A stretch of DNA of 62,649 bases, counting the filler, from Choristocarpus tenellus KU-1152 (taxonomy: Eukaryota > Protista > Phaeophyceae): the NCBI GenBank assembly GCA_964200185.2. It is 13 parts of 13 records of this genome, joined end to end, with 100 filler letters (N's around TTAATTAATTAA, not from the genome) between each part and the next. Parts side by side here need not be neighbours in the genome. Positions count along the whole stretch, not along the records: positions 45,460 to 53,025 come from CAXNAD020005954.1; positions 53,126 to 56,136 come from CAXNAD020022954.1; positions 56,237 to 58,829 come from CAXNAD020026451.1; positions 58,930 to 62,649 come from CAXNAD020018316.1; 9 more parts are not named here. One strand, 5' to 3'. Position 1 is the stretch's first letter; every line of letters starts with the position of its first letter. The notes under the pieces are model-generated. The model did not search any database and was not told the DNA's origin. It saw only the letters and a list, made by a program, of their open reading frames with translations. The translations under genes were made by a program, and so were the position numbers. Shown in pieces: positions 52,571-62,649 of this stretch.

Positions 52571-53142
52571 CCTTACGCGTTCGTTCTCGTAGTGAGAGTC
52601 AGTTCGTTGTGTTTGTTGTTAGAAATGTTCTATTTTTGCTTTGTGCCGTTGTGAGCATGTTCAGTGCGACCATATCTGCTATTGGTGTTTGTTGATCGCA
52701 CGCTTACTTCGATACGGGAACTCCTAGTGCGTAGGTAATTCCGAGTACTCTAGAGCTTTTATGCGCATATTTATGTGTGTTTAGTTAGCATAATCTAGAA
52801 TATAGGGGTATTTAATCTATATTTTTTGTTTTATGTATAATTTCGAAGTTACTATAGGTCCTACTGTTGGGAGACATGCTACTCTCTCCTTAACCCTAAC
52901 CCTAACCCCAACCCAAAGGAAGTGCACTAAGAGCAATATCAAAACCTCCTCCCACCCCCCCCCGCTCCCGCCCCCCACCACCCGCCCGCCCCTCGCCCCC
53001 CGCCCCCCCCCGCCCCCCACCCCCANNNNNNNNNNNNNNNNNNNNNNNNNNNNNNNNNNNNNNNNNNNNTTAATTAATTAANNNNNNNNNNNNNNNNNNN
53101 NNNNNNNNNNNNNNNNNNNNNNNNNCCCAAATACTTTGACCC

Positions 53143-54889
53143 AGGAGGCTGTTCATAACCTCGTCCAACCTCTCTCCGTTATCATCGAATCCCAACAACG
53201 CACTGAGGTTGGGCAATGAGGCTAGGGTGTGTCTGAGGATTCAGGTGCAACGCTGTAGTTTTCCCATTGGTTTTCCGTAATCTCAGGTATAGGGTTGGTA
53301 TCAAGAATTGGGAAGATGAGATGCTCCCAACTCTTTAACATCTCAATGGTTAAAGTTCAGCCTAGTTGGGTGGTGTTTAGTCAAGGTATCTGCATGTTCT
53401 CCATCCAATCAATATGTGCTTGCAGAGTTAATATCACGAAGTGCAGGAGGTCATGAAGTACTGTGATCCCATTCTAAATCCCTTCTCCTTACATTCCATT
53501 TATAGAGTCATCATCATCAAAAACAACAAACCGAAATGTTTCTCTCATCCCAAGTTCTGTATTCTTCACCTTAAACTAGCACCATTCCTCTGCTATGAAC
53601 GGTTATCCCCTGAATCAATAATATCTCACATTAGCCAGCATTTCCACCATTTTGTCCTTACCACATCTAATATCCCCCTCCCGTATCTCTTTTCTTCCCA
53701 GACCCAATAGTTGATGGAATCACAGGGAGTTTTGGAAAGTTTGCTGCTGAAACGATTTTTGTGGACAGCACACAGTGGAGCAGAAGAGGAGCCCTCCGCG
53801 AAAACAACTTAGCTTGCATAGCAGGAAGTACCTCAAGCCTATATAGTGACAACACAATGAAAGCACTTCCCTCTCTTTCCCCCCCCTTCACTAATCATGC
53901 ACATTATTGCTTCCCACAGTCTCTGTTGTCACGGAGAGTAGATTTTCGGCCACACCATCACGAAAGATACCGAGGTTCTCTTTCTTAAGGTCTTGTCCAC
54001 CTGGGCAGAGATAGTGTTGCAGGCATCCATGGTTGCCCTGCTGGGTTCTTCTCTCACGGAGGGCTTCTCTTCTGCTCCACTGTATGCTGTCCACAAAAAT
54101 CGTTTCAACAGCAGACTTTCCAAAACTCCCCGTCATTCCATCAACTATTGGGCCTGAAAAGAAAAGAGATACAGGAGGGGGGGTATTGGATATGATAAGG
54201 ACAAAATGGTGAAAATGCTGGCTAATGTGAGATGTTATCAATTCGGGAGAGAACCACTGATATGGCTCAATGTATCTGGAGGGGGTGGCGGCTGTCCATT
54301 TGGGGGCATTTTTTTCATGTCATGGTTTTTGGGTGATTTGGTTGCATACATCGAATGGATAATATAAATATACTTTTCCTGATTTTGGTCGAAATGGACA
54401 CCCTGACGTAGATCCCCCCCCAGATACTTTGGGTCATATAGTAGAGGAACGTGGTAGTTTGAGGTGAAGAATACAGAACTTGGGATGAGAGAAACATTTC
54501 GGTTTGTTGTTGATGATGATGATGACTCCATAAATGGAATGGAAGGAGAAGGGATTTAGAATGGGATCACAGTACTTTATGGTCTTCTGTGCCTCATGAT
54601 ATTAACTCTGCAAGCACATATTGATTGGATGGAGTACATGCAGATACCTTGATTAAACACCACCCAACTAGGCTGAACTTTAACCATTGAGATGTTCAAG
54701 ACTTGGGAGTATCGCATCTTCCCAATTCTTGATACCAACCCTATACTTGAGATTACGGAAAACCAATGGGAAAACTACAGTGTTGTGCCTGAATCCTCAG
54801 ACACACCCTAGCCTCATTGCCCAACCTCAGTGCGTTGTTGGGATTCGATGATACGGAGGGAGGTTGGACGAAGTTATGAACAGCCTCCT
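53143..54889. repeat. Long inverted duplication: ~660-bp arms, ~250-bp spacer
   Basis: 53143-53801 is the diverged reverse complement of 54054-54889 once the family B MITE at 54264-54435 is removed. Confidence 0.93.
54264..54435 (+). mobile_element. MITE family B, full 172-bp copy, 4-bp TSD ATAT
   Basis: atat|ggctcaatgtatctgg ... cccagatactttgggtc|atat. The other arm of the inverted duplication has the empty site near 53593. Confidence 0.95.
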
Positions 54890-55929
54890 CCCCAAGGATG
54901 ATGCTGCTCAGAATATCCGCAGACTGGTCGAACTCAAAGCACCATGCATTCAGGTGTGCCTTGAAGACATGGGACCTGCTGACTCGCCTCGTATCCCTAA
55001 CGGTCAGCAGCATCAGAGTTAATAGCATTGGCTGTTCTCGCTGTCCAGGGTCTCGTCCACTAACTTCGGTGGAGGGTGATGGTGTTGTGGTTTCCAAACT
55101 TTGCCCCCCATATTTGAGGAATACGAAGTACTGGATGACCCACTGCAGGAGTTTCGCGAAAGCCGTAAACACAACCAAATTTGGGATAAACTCTTATAAG
55201 ATCAGCCCAGTCCATCTACTATCTCTACACAGACTCTGATCTCGCTGGTACATTGCCACTTCGAGGTGGATCAGAAGGCACCAACGAACATAAAATTGGG
55301 GAAGCACATAAAGTTCTGCCAAGATCCCACCCAGGTTCATCATGGAGTGCCTACCTCCACACATCAGCTTCATTACAGCAATTCTCAATATTGACCCAGA
55401 TTTAGCACTAGGCCTAATGTCGGCGGTGAGAGTAAGGGTGGATGGAAAGGGTGAATGGGGGGGCAGGTTATGTACCTCTGCTTGGAGACAGTACTTGTGA
55501 TGATTGCTTCCTAATTGGTTTTTGAGTGCAAATCACACGCCCAAACATCATGCGACAACTAGTTCCAATGCGGTCACAATAGTCTCTCTCTCTCTCTCTC
55601 TCTCTCTCTTCTGCCAGCGCAAACCCTACAAATCTCATGTGAACGTCCCAATGATTTTGTAACATGTCCTTGGAAATGATTCCTTCGCTAACCCATTTGC
55701 CCACGTACTTCCCAACAAACACTCTTTCTGCAACTAATCCAGATATTTAGACTCATGTTGGGGTACAAGCCTTGCTTCGACCATGGTGTAACCTTGCTGG
55801 CAAGGAGTTGTAGAAGTGGGGGCTTCGTAGTACCTGTGCTGCTCTTGTGTTGCAGTATTTGGTAAAACGATACGTGGGTGCTATTGGATGTGATTATCAT
55901 CACACATTGATTTCGGAGGGCAAAATTAT

Positions 55930-56103
55930 GGCTCAGAGTATGTGTGGGGGGTTGTCGACTGTCCATTTGGACCCATTTTTCCATTTCGCTATTTTTGGAT
56001 GATTTGGTTGCATGCGTCAGATGGATGATGAGAGTTCACTTCTCCTCGTCAGGGCCCGAATGGACACCCAGGTGTGGAACTCCCTCCCCAGATACTTTAA
56101 GGT
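55930..56103 (+). mobile_element. MITE family B, diverged full copy
   Basis: ggctcagagtatgtgtgggggg...ctgtccatttgg ... aatggacacccaggtgtgg...cccagatacttt. Confidence 0.85.
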
Positions 56104-58049
56104 TAATAATATTTATGTCAGGGACAGGTTCCTTTTNNNNNNNNNNNNNNNNNNNNNNNNNNNNNNNNNNNNNNNNNNNNTTAATTAATTAANNNNNNNN
56201 NNNNNNNNNNNNNNNNNNNNNNNNNNNNNNNNNNNNGTTTTCGCAAAACAACCATCCTCATAGTCCCGCTCCATCCTCAATTTTGCGAATCCACTGTTAT
56301 ATGACGAAACTGTGTTTTACTGCGGACTAATGTGCAACGTACCACATAATCTATGATGTAATATACAAGGTAATCCACATAAACAGTCAGGAGTTTATTT
56401 GCCATGCCTTCAATGTTGGCTAGACGTTGCACTGATTAACTGTTTGAGGTTCTTAGATAAGGCAGGTTCCTACATATAAACTAAACTATTGGATGAGTAG
56501 GGTTGCAGGTATTATTAGCTCACACTTTCTGCTTTTGCCTTCGCTTTACCCTTAGTGTTGTCATGGTTTCTCAGCTTGACAGAAAAGGTAGAACCACACC
56601 CACCAGAGAAGCACGTTCTCACTCTGTAGGTTCTGGTTGAAAAAATCATCGAAATGAGCTACTCCTAGCCCTACTCTGTGATGGAACTGATTCATAAAGG
56701 CCCTCCAACGTCAGAGCACTACGCACTTACTACTTACACTATTTCTTGTTGCAGGTGTAACAAATTGTTGCACTATTCTTATTATTGCACTCCCTTTGTT
56801 CATCATGCATTGCTTCTCATGCAAAGGGTTCAGGCATCCAAGCCACACATAACTTAGTATCCTACAGAGAGAGGGGTCGATTTAAACCCTTTTCAATGTA
56901 GGAGGCTCACTAAATAATCTTTTGCCTAGCACCCCCATCCCCTCCCATGCCAGAACACACCTAACCCGCATCTGGAGGTTGGGGTGACTGAAGAGGAGAG
57001 AAGGTGAACTTTCGTTCACGTGACTGTGAAATCGCCCTCCAAAAAGAGTGCTAGGACCACATGTCCCAGAAGGCAGTCAGTCGCAGAGACCTTACATAAT
57101 TAATAGCACTTGACCCCTAATAGGATGCTACTATGGCTCAATTCACCACTAATTGCTCCACATCTCCTGTCGAATGTTGTACTGTACTTGCTTGGGGATC
57201 GCTTTGAAATGGAGATCTGCCTCCTCATTCTATATATTTCCTGCGTTTTTGTGATCCACCTTCCAAACCCTCAAATCAACCCAATTATATCCTCTCCTCC
57301 ATTCAGAGTGTTCTGGGCCAACTTTCCCCTCAATGATAATGGTCGGCGAAAAGGTTGAGAGATAGAGGCACAAGGAAGGAAGGGGGTGCCGGACAACAAA
57401 AATACCCATCGCTAGCACCTGTGAAAGTTCTGTGATATGGGGGATGATGGGAACCACCAGAGACAAGGGTGAGAAAGCTGAGGGGGAAGAGACTCTCAGA
57501 TACAGCTCCTGTGATCCGCAGGTCAAGAGGAACAGAAAGCATCTGAAACATCAAGGCAGAGTAAGACCCCTTCAGACTTCTGGGAACGACTCGACAGAAC
57601 CAGTGGTGACCAGCCAGCACAAAGAGGTATTTGACCCGGACTGTCACCTCACTGAACGAACTATACGATCATGTGTGTCTGGTTCGTGGGTTGTTCAGTT
57701 GAAGGTTCACAATGGGAAAGTCTGCGCACTGACTACCAATTCAAACATCAAAGAGAGACCTCAATCAGACCTGTCGATGTTGTTGCGGAAAGGAGGGTTG
57801 TCAATTATCGTACTGTCAGTTGTAAACTGGTGTACCATTCAGCACTATACCGCTTTCCCCCCCAAGAACATAGGCTTTCTGTGAAACCGACCGGCCAAGG
57901 GCTCCTCTGGAACTCTCATCTGAATCCTCCACACCTTGGGCAACATTACACCTTCATAATACTGTGTAATAAAAAAATGTTAACATTTCACTAAAGTTTA
58001 TGAACAAGTACTATAGCTATTTTTACGTGTGCTATGGACCGGAGTGTTA

Positions 58050-58160
58050 CAAGCCATACCAATTGTTGTATATGTTTTGGACTGGAGTGCTGCAAGCACT
58101 ATATAGTGTTGCGCATGTTCTCGTCTCCAGAGGCATAACATAGTCTCGAGTGTTGTGTTG
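58050..58160 (-). pseudogene. Possible hAT C-terminal dimerisation-domain remnant
   Basis: MLCLWRREHAQHYIVLAALQSK resembles L.WW......YP.LA.LA. Confidence 0.3.
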
Positions 58161-58661
58161 TCCAAGGTGGGGAATCTTCCATCCACCCAAGTTACACCTG
58201 ACCTATCCTTGTCCAATCATACCTCATCCTCTCACGGCTTGTCTTGATCCGTCCGTTCCATCTAGCCATTGTTTATCACCATTCAGAACACGGATTTAGT
58301 GAGTAGGCATGACAACTTGTAGCAGACCGGAATTTTCTAGGTACTCTAAAATACCAATCTATAATTTTTGTGAGTGTGACAGACTGTGATGCCCACAAAA
58401 CAATCCCAGCACATACGATGTTTTTTATAACAAGACTGGTTTGTTTCTGTGAAAACGAATTCTGGATTTTTTATTATGAAGTCAAGGTAAAAGAACTGTG
58501 TCACCCCCCCCCACTCGTCTTGAGTCAGGGGCCTGTCCCGTTGTCTTCAGGTCCTCTCCACTCAGCTGCCTTTCGTGGGTGGACCTCCCCAGCCCCCTTC
58601 CCAGTCTCCCATTACTGTTTCACACCACCACCCTTCCACAAAAAACTGGAGACGAAACAAA

Positions 58662-58829
58662 GGGTCAAAGTATCTGGGGGGGGAGGGTGGCTGTCCATTT
58701 GGGGCCCATTTTACATGTCGCGATTTTTGGGTGATTGGGTTGCATGCGTCGAATGGATGATGTAAGTGCTCTTTTCCTGGTCAGGGCCCAAAGGGACACC
58801 CTGGTGTAGCCCCCCCCCCCCCCCCCCAA
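58662..58829 (+). mobile_element. MITE family B, cut at the poly-C tract by the contig edge
   Basis: gggtcaaagtatct-polyG-tggctgtccatttgggg ... ggacaccctggtgtag-polyC. Confidence 0.9.
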
Positions 58830-60429
58830 NNNNNNNNNNNNNNNNNNNNNNNNNNNNNNNNNNNNNNNNNNNNTTAATTAATTAANNNNNNNNNNNNNNN
58901 NNNNNNNNNNNNNNNNNNNNNNNNNNNNNACACAAGGGTCGTGCACCCACTTGCAATCATGGTACATACCATTTAAAATTTATCCATCGAAGAAAAACAT
59001 TATTGTTGTTTGGATTAAATATCATTGCTGATGTCAGATGCAAATGCCTCTGTTATTGTAAAATGTACTGAGGTGGTCTGACTAGTTGTTCTCTGGATCT
59101 AAAGTGTGAAGCTGAGATTATACTGCCATGATGACAAGATCCTCCCCACATGTTTTCCAAAGTATGGGATTGTGGTAGCCAACATTTTAACATCAAAACA
59201 GCTATTCATGCCCAGAATACTACAACACAATGAGAACTACATAGTGGAATAATTCATGCACAAGCTTAGTTGCTGGTCCTCATTTGACGTGCTTGGGCAT
59301 TTAGTTTAGCATGGTCACATGGGCGAGGTAAAGGCAGAGGGACAATGATATCGAACCCCAGCCCCACCCGAACGAAATTGACCAAAGAATGCCAAGAGTT
59401 ATTTAGAGAACCCCACCCCACCCCCCTGCCTTAGCACCAGCACCACTTCATGTATGACATGAACAAGCAGAAGTAGAAGTGGAGCTAGTAGGCAAATCAC
59501 CTCCTACAGACAGAAGTTAGTTGATCCCTGGGATTTGCTCCGTGGAAGGCGTTTGCACGCTCCAGATTACTGTACATGCGCACAAACAAATACTATGTTT
59601 GCTCGGTAGAGGTATACAGCTAATGTAGGTTATATGGGGTACAGGGATGAGTAGGAAATTGAGGTCGCTCAGATATACTCATGCGTTATTCTTGGTTTAT
59701 CCACCCCTAGCTACACTGCTCATGATGCAGTCATATATTATGCACAGTGCTATAACGTATTTATGTATTACTAGTTCACAACAGAGATTGTGACTGGGGC
59801 TGAAGATGGTTCGTCTAGGAGGGAAAGATGGAACCGCATGCATCGATTTCCTCTGGGATTTGTGAATTATGCCTGCAGGTTTCCTAACAAGCAGAAAGGT
59901 CATTACGTTTTGTAATAATGCAGAGAGCGTTAATAAACACACTCTACTACTGCGTCGATATATAAATGTAGGTATTTGAACGCTTCTATTTACCTTAGAG
60001 ATCCAGTATTTTAAACTAAGCGTAATAACAGCAACTGCTGCATATTACTATTTTGTGCTTTACCTAGCATGTCATTATTGTACTCTCTCTGACTGGATTG
60101 ACAGCATATGATTGGAACTTGAGCACAGGAGCCAATCTTGATCAACTGTCCCTTAGCTCTCCATCGTCCCTGACATGTGGACTTGGACAAATCATCCATC
60201 CCCGCTGGCACCCCAAGAGTCACAAAGAACATTTGAGTCTGGGAGTCACATTGATTGCCGTGGCGATAAGGTGTTTCACTTCTGAGTGAGTGGGCTGATG
60301 GCCCTGATTTGATGCTGCATAAGTTTATATATGTTTACAACAGTGCCCACCTCACATAGGTCCGTTTTGAGCTAGCTGAAAACTGAAATGGTGGTGGGGT
60401 TTAAATCCTTCGTAGAGATGGATGCGTCA

Positions 60430-61260
60430 TCGAGTAAGCTTTGGGAAGAAGCCCCATCCGATATGGGATATGGGAGAGGTTGAGGCCAAGTTATACAAAC
60501 TCGTCAAGACGGGGAATGCAGCCACTGCCTACGATCGGGTGTATGTTATACAAGAGGCACTAGATAACTACATGGACAATCGCCATCTGGCCCATAGTAT
60601 CCTAGTGAGGGGTCAAGCGTCCATTCAGGAGCTTCATGACCCTGTAGTGAACGTCATATCAATTGAGTAAACGTGTCAGATGTAAGAGCAGTTTTCTTCA
60701 TCTAGATGCACCTTCCCTTTCCATCCCCTTCCCTGAGTCAAACTGGAAGGAAGATCACCTGCAGAACGACCATCAAACATGGTTGTTTTAAAATACCCCA
60801 TCAAGCCCGAATGGACGACCTGTGCTACCCCCCCCCACCCTCTAGCATACTAAGGGCCTCTGGATGGGGTGTTCCGTCTCAAAGATGGGGCGAACACCAA
60901 AAACTGGCAACTTGGGATGACCAAAATATTGTCCGGGCCGATCCTCGCAGGGTTAAGGTTAAGACCTGAAGACCAGATGCTTGGCGTGGTGAAGAGCAAT
61001 CGTGATATGAAGAAGAACCCTGATGGAGTGTTTGACCTCCTGCTCAGAGAAGTCGAGAAGTTTCAAGCGTTTGAGTGCGCTACGGAGTCTCCAGCTAAGC
61101 ATGACAGGTATTGGGCTGTGAAAGAGCGAGGTACATCTTTGGATAGGGCCAAAGCCGTCAGTGTTGTAGAGACCAGCAGGACCGAGGGTTGGTTCCTTCA
61201 AGGTCAAAACAAGTTATCTCTACTGCATCTTGCCATAACTGTGGCAAGAGAGCCGCAGAA
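60430..61260 (+). mobile_element. LTR retrotransposon gag remnant (gypsy-like)
   Basis: After MITE removal the frame reads EVEAKLYKLVK...EALDNYMDNRHLDGVFRLKDGANTKNW...ILAGLRLRPE...MKKNPDGVFDLLLREVEKFQ. A partial CHNCGK zinc knuckle follows in another frame. Confidence 0.6.
60589..60858. mobile_element. MITE family C (270 bp), 3-bp TSD TCT
   Basis: tct|ggcccatagtatcctag ... ctagcatactaagggcc|tct, with inner gtccattc / gaatggac boxes. Excision plus 3 bp restores RHLDGVFRLK. Confidence 0.85.
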
Positions 61261-61901
61261 CGCGTGTGTGTCGGCTAGAAATGGTTTTCATCCCTCCACA
61301 ACAGCAGCAACAGCAGCAGAAGCGACAACAACATTATAGTCGTTACAAGGGAAAGTGAAGGCTGGGCATGGTGATGGATCCAGACCAAGACTGTTCAGTG
61401 GTATGGGTCGGTTGTTCGATTAGACTCTTCCAACTCTATCGGACAGTCATGGTAAAATATGTATGGAGTAAAAGGAACAATCAATTAGTGGTTGAGTCAT
61501 CAGAACCTTTCAATAGTGATTAGTTGTATGAGAAAAATTCTCATATAAAAGGAAATATTTCTGATTTTATGGGGTGCTGCATGCCCCACTTAACTTTATT
61601 CAATCACTCTACAGATACCAAGCAATCTCGCTGGGTTTGTCACCTTTATCCTCTTTGATGATTTGGGAGATACTTTAACATTGGGGCCTTCTTTCTGGAC
61701 AAAAGGGTGGGCCAAGTTATTTGCTTCCGCCCACGGCACCTGCAGCTATCGAAGGGGAGAAATTACCCCGCCCCAAGAGTGTCAGGGAGAGTGGACTTCT
61801 GACCTCTGGGAGTAGTTTGCATCAGTAGTAATGGTGTTAAGTTTAAGGAGTTGGACGATTGTGTGCCATTGTCAGGAATTGACTACAACAGGGTATCGTA
61901 C

Positions 61902-62030
61902 TCTCATCACCCTGTCGGTCTCTGCAGTGCAAACAATAAATATGGTGAAGGGGATCTGGTTGCAGTAGTTGGTCTCGACTGTCCCTACTCGAGCTGACAT
62001 GGCCCAGGTGTACGCGCAGGGTACATTATT
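61902..62030 (-). CDS. Putative isolated internal exon
   Basis: cag|AAT...AGA|gtacga, 43 open codons: NNVPCAYTWAMSARVGTVETNYCNQIPFTIFIVCTAETDRVMR. Confidence 0.35.
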
Positions 62031-62492
62031 CTGAATGCAGGATCCAGGTTTTCGAGGAAGATAGAAGTATAAGTAATTGGTGGTGGGGCGGGCATGGACA
62101 CCACCGGTGGAGTCGCAGATAAATTTTGGAGTGTAGGTAACCAAACAAGTAACAATAATTTTGTAGTAGTATGCTATCCCCTTAAAGGTTGTTCACTACC
62201 TGTAATGTGACCTTGTAATGTGTTCTAACCTAGCTTAGCCCTACAAAGGTGGCTGAGAAGCTAGGGAATCCCAATAATCTGTCAGACCCCTTCTTGCCCA
62301 CATACCTGGTGTTCTTGAAACTCATGGAGTCAAATTTATTGATTAAGAGGTAGGAAGGTTCAAACTCTTCTGCATTCCAAGCTATCTTTCTTATTACCCC
62401 GCGTAATACACTCTATATCAGTGTATGCAAAATTGATGTTCCCCGTTTCTACAAAGTGACACGACAATTCAGTGAAGAGTTGATATACAGTT

Positions 62493-62649
62493 GACTCAAA
62501 GTATCTGGGGGGGGGGTGGTGGTTTGTAAGGGGGCGTCCGTTTCGGTCAAACCAATCTTTTTTTTGCTGACATTTCAAATCCGACATGTGCGACCAAATC
62601 ACACCAAAAGGCAAAAATCGAAAAAAGGGTGAAAAACGGACGCCGACAC
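62493..62649 (+). mobile_element. Family D element end (same outer TIR, different interior), cut by the window edge
   Basis: gactcaaagtatct-polyG ... gcgtccgtttcggtc, followed by sequence not matching families A-C. Confidence 0.75.

Noticed and set aside
1-62649. Functional gene cluster linking BTB, PEX12, FG-GAP and other genes
   Set aside because: The genes lie on separate, artificially joined contigs, so their adjacency carries no information.

Overview
This is eukaryotic, intron-rich, repeat-rich nuclear DNA, not a prokaryotic locus. It consists of 13 short contigs joined by identical artificial 100-bp spacers (44 N + TTAATTAATTAA + 44 N), so neighbouring contigs are not known to be adjacent. 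Short exons with long introns, TTAGGG-type repeats and the transposon spectrum suggest a stramenopile, possibly a brown alga or relative (inference). Partial host genes rebuilt by splice-phase matching are an RCC1+BTB protein, PEX12, an FG-GAP-repeat protein, a membrane protein 3' end and a low-complexity protein 3' end. The rest is mostly decayed transposons: a plant-mariner-like Tc1/mariner, a CRE-like non-LTR element, copia and gypsy-like gag remnants, and tRNA-derived SINE-like heads. The main unexplained signal is a network of about 20 short non-autonomous DNA transposon copies in at least four internally unrelated subfamilies. They share a bipartite end: an outer G-R-S-Y-S-AAAGTATCT box and an inner GTCCATTTGG box. 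They make either 3-bp or 4-bp target-site duplications (TSDs), and both lengths are supported by restoration of the host ORFs they interrupt. A longer element with the same end and a decayed ORF (39284-40923) is a candidate autonomous partner.
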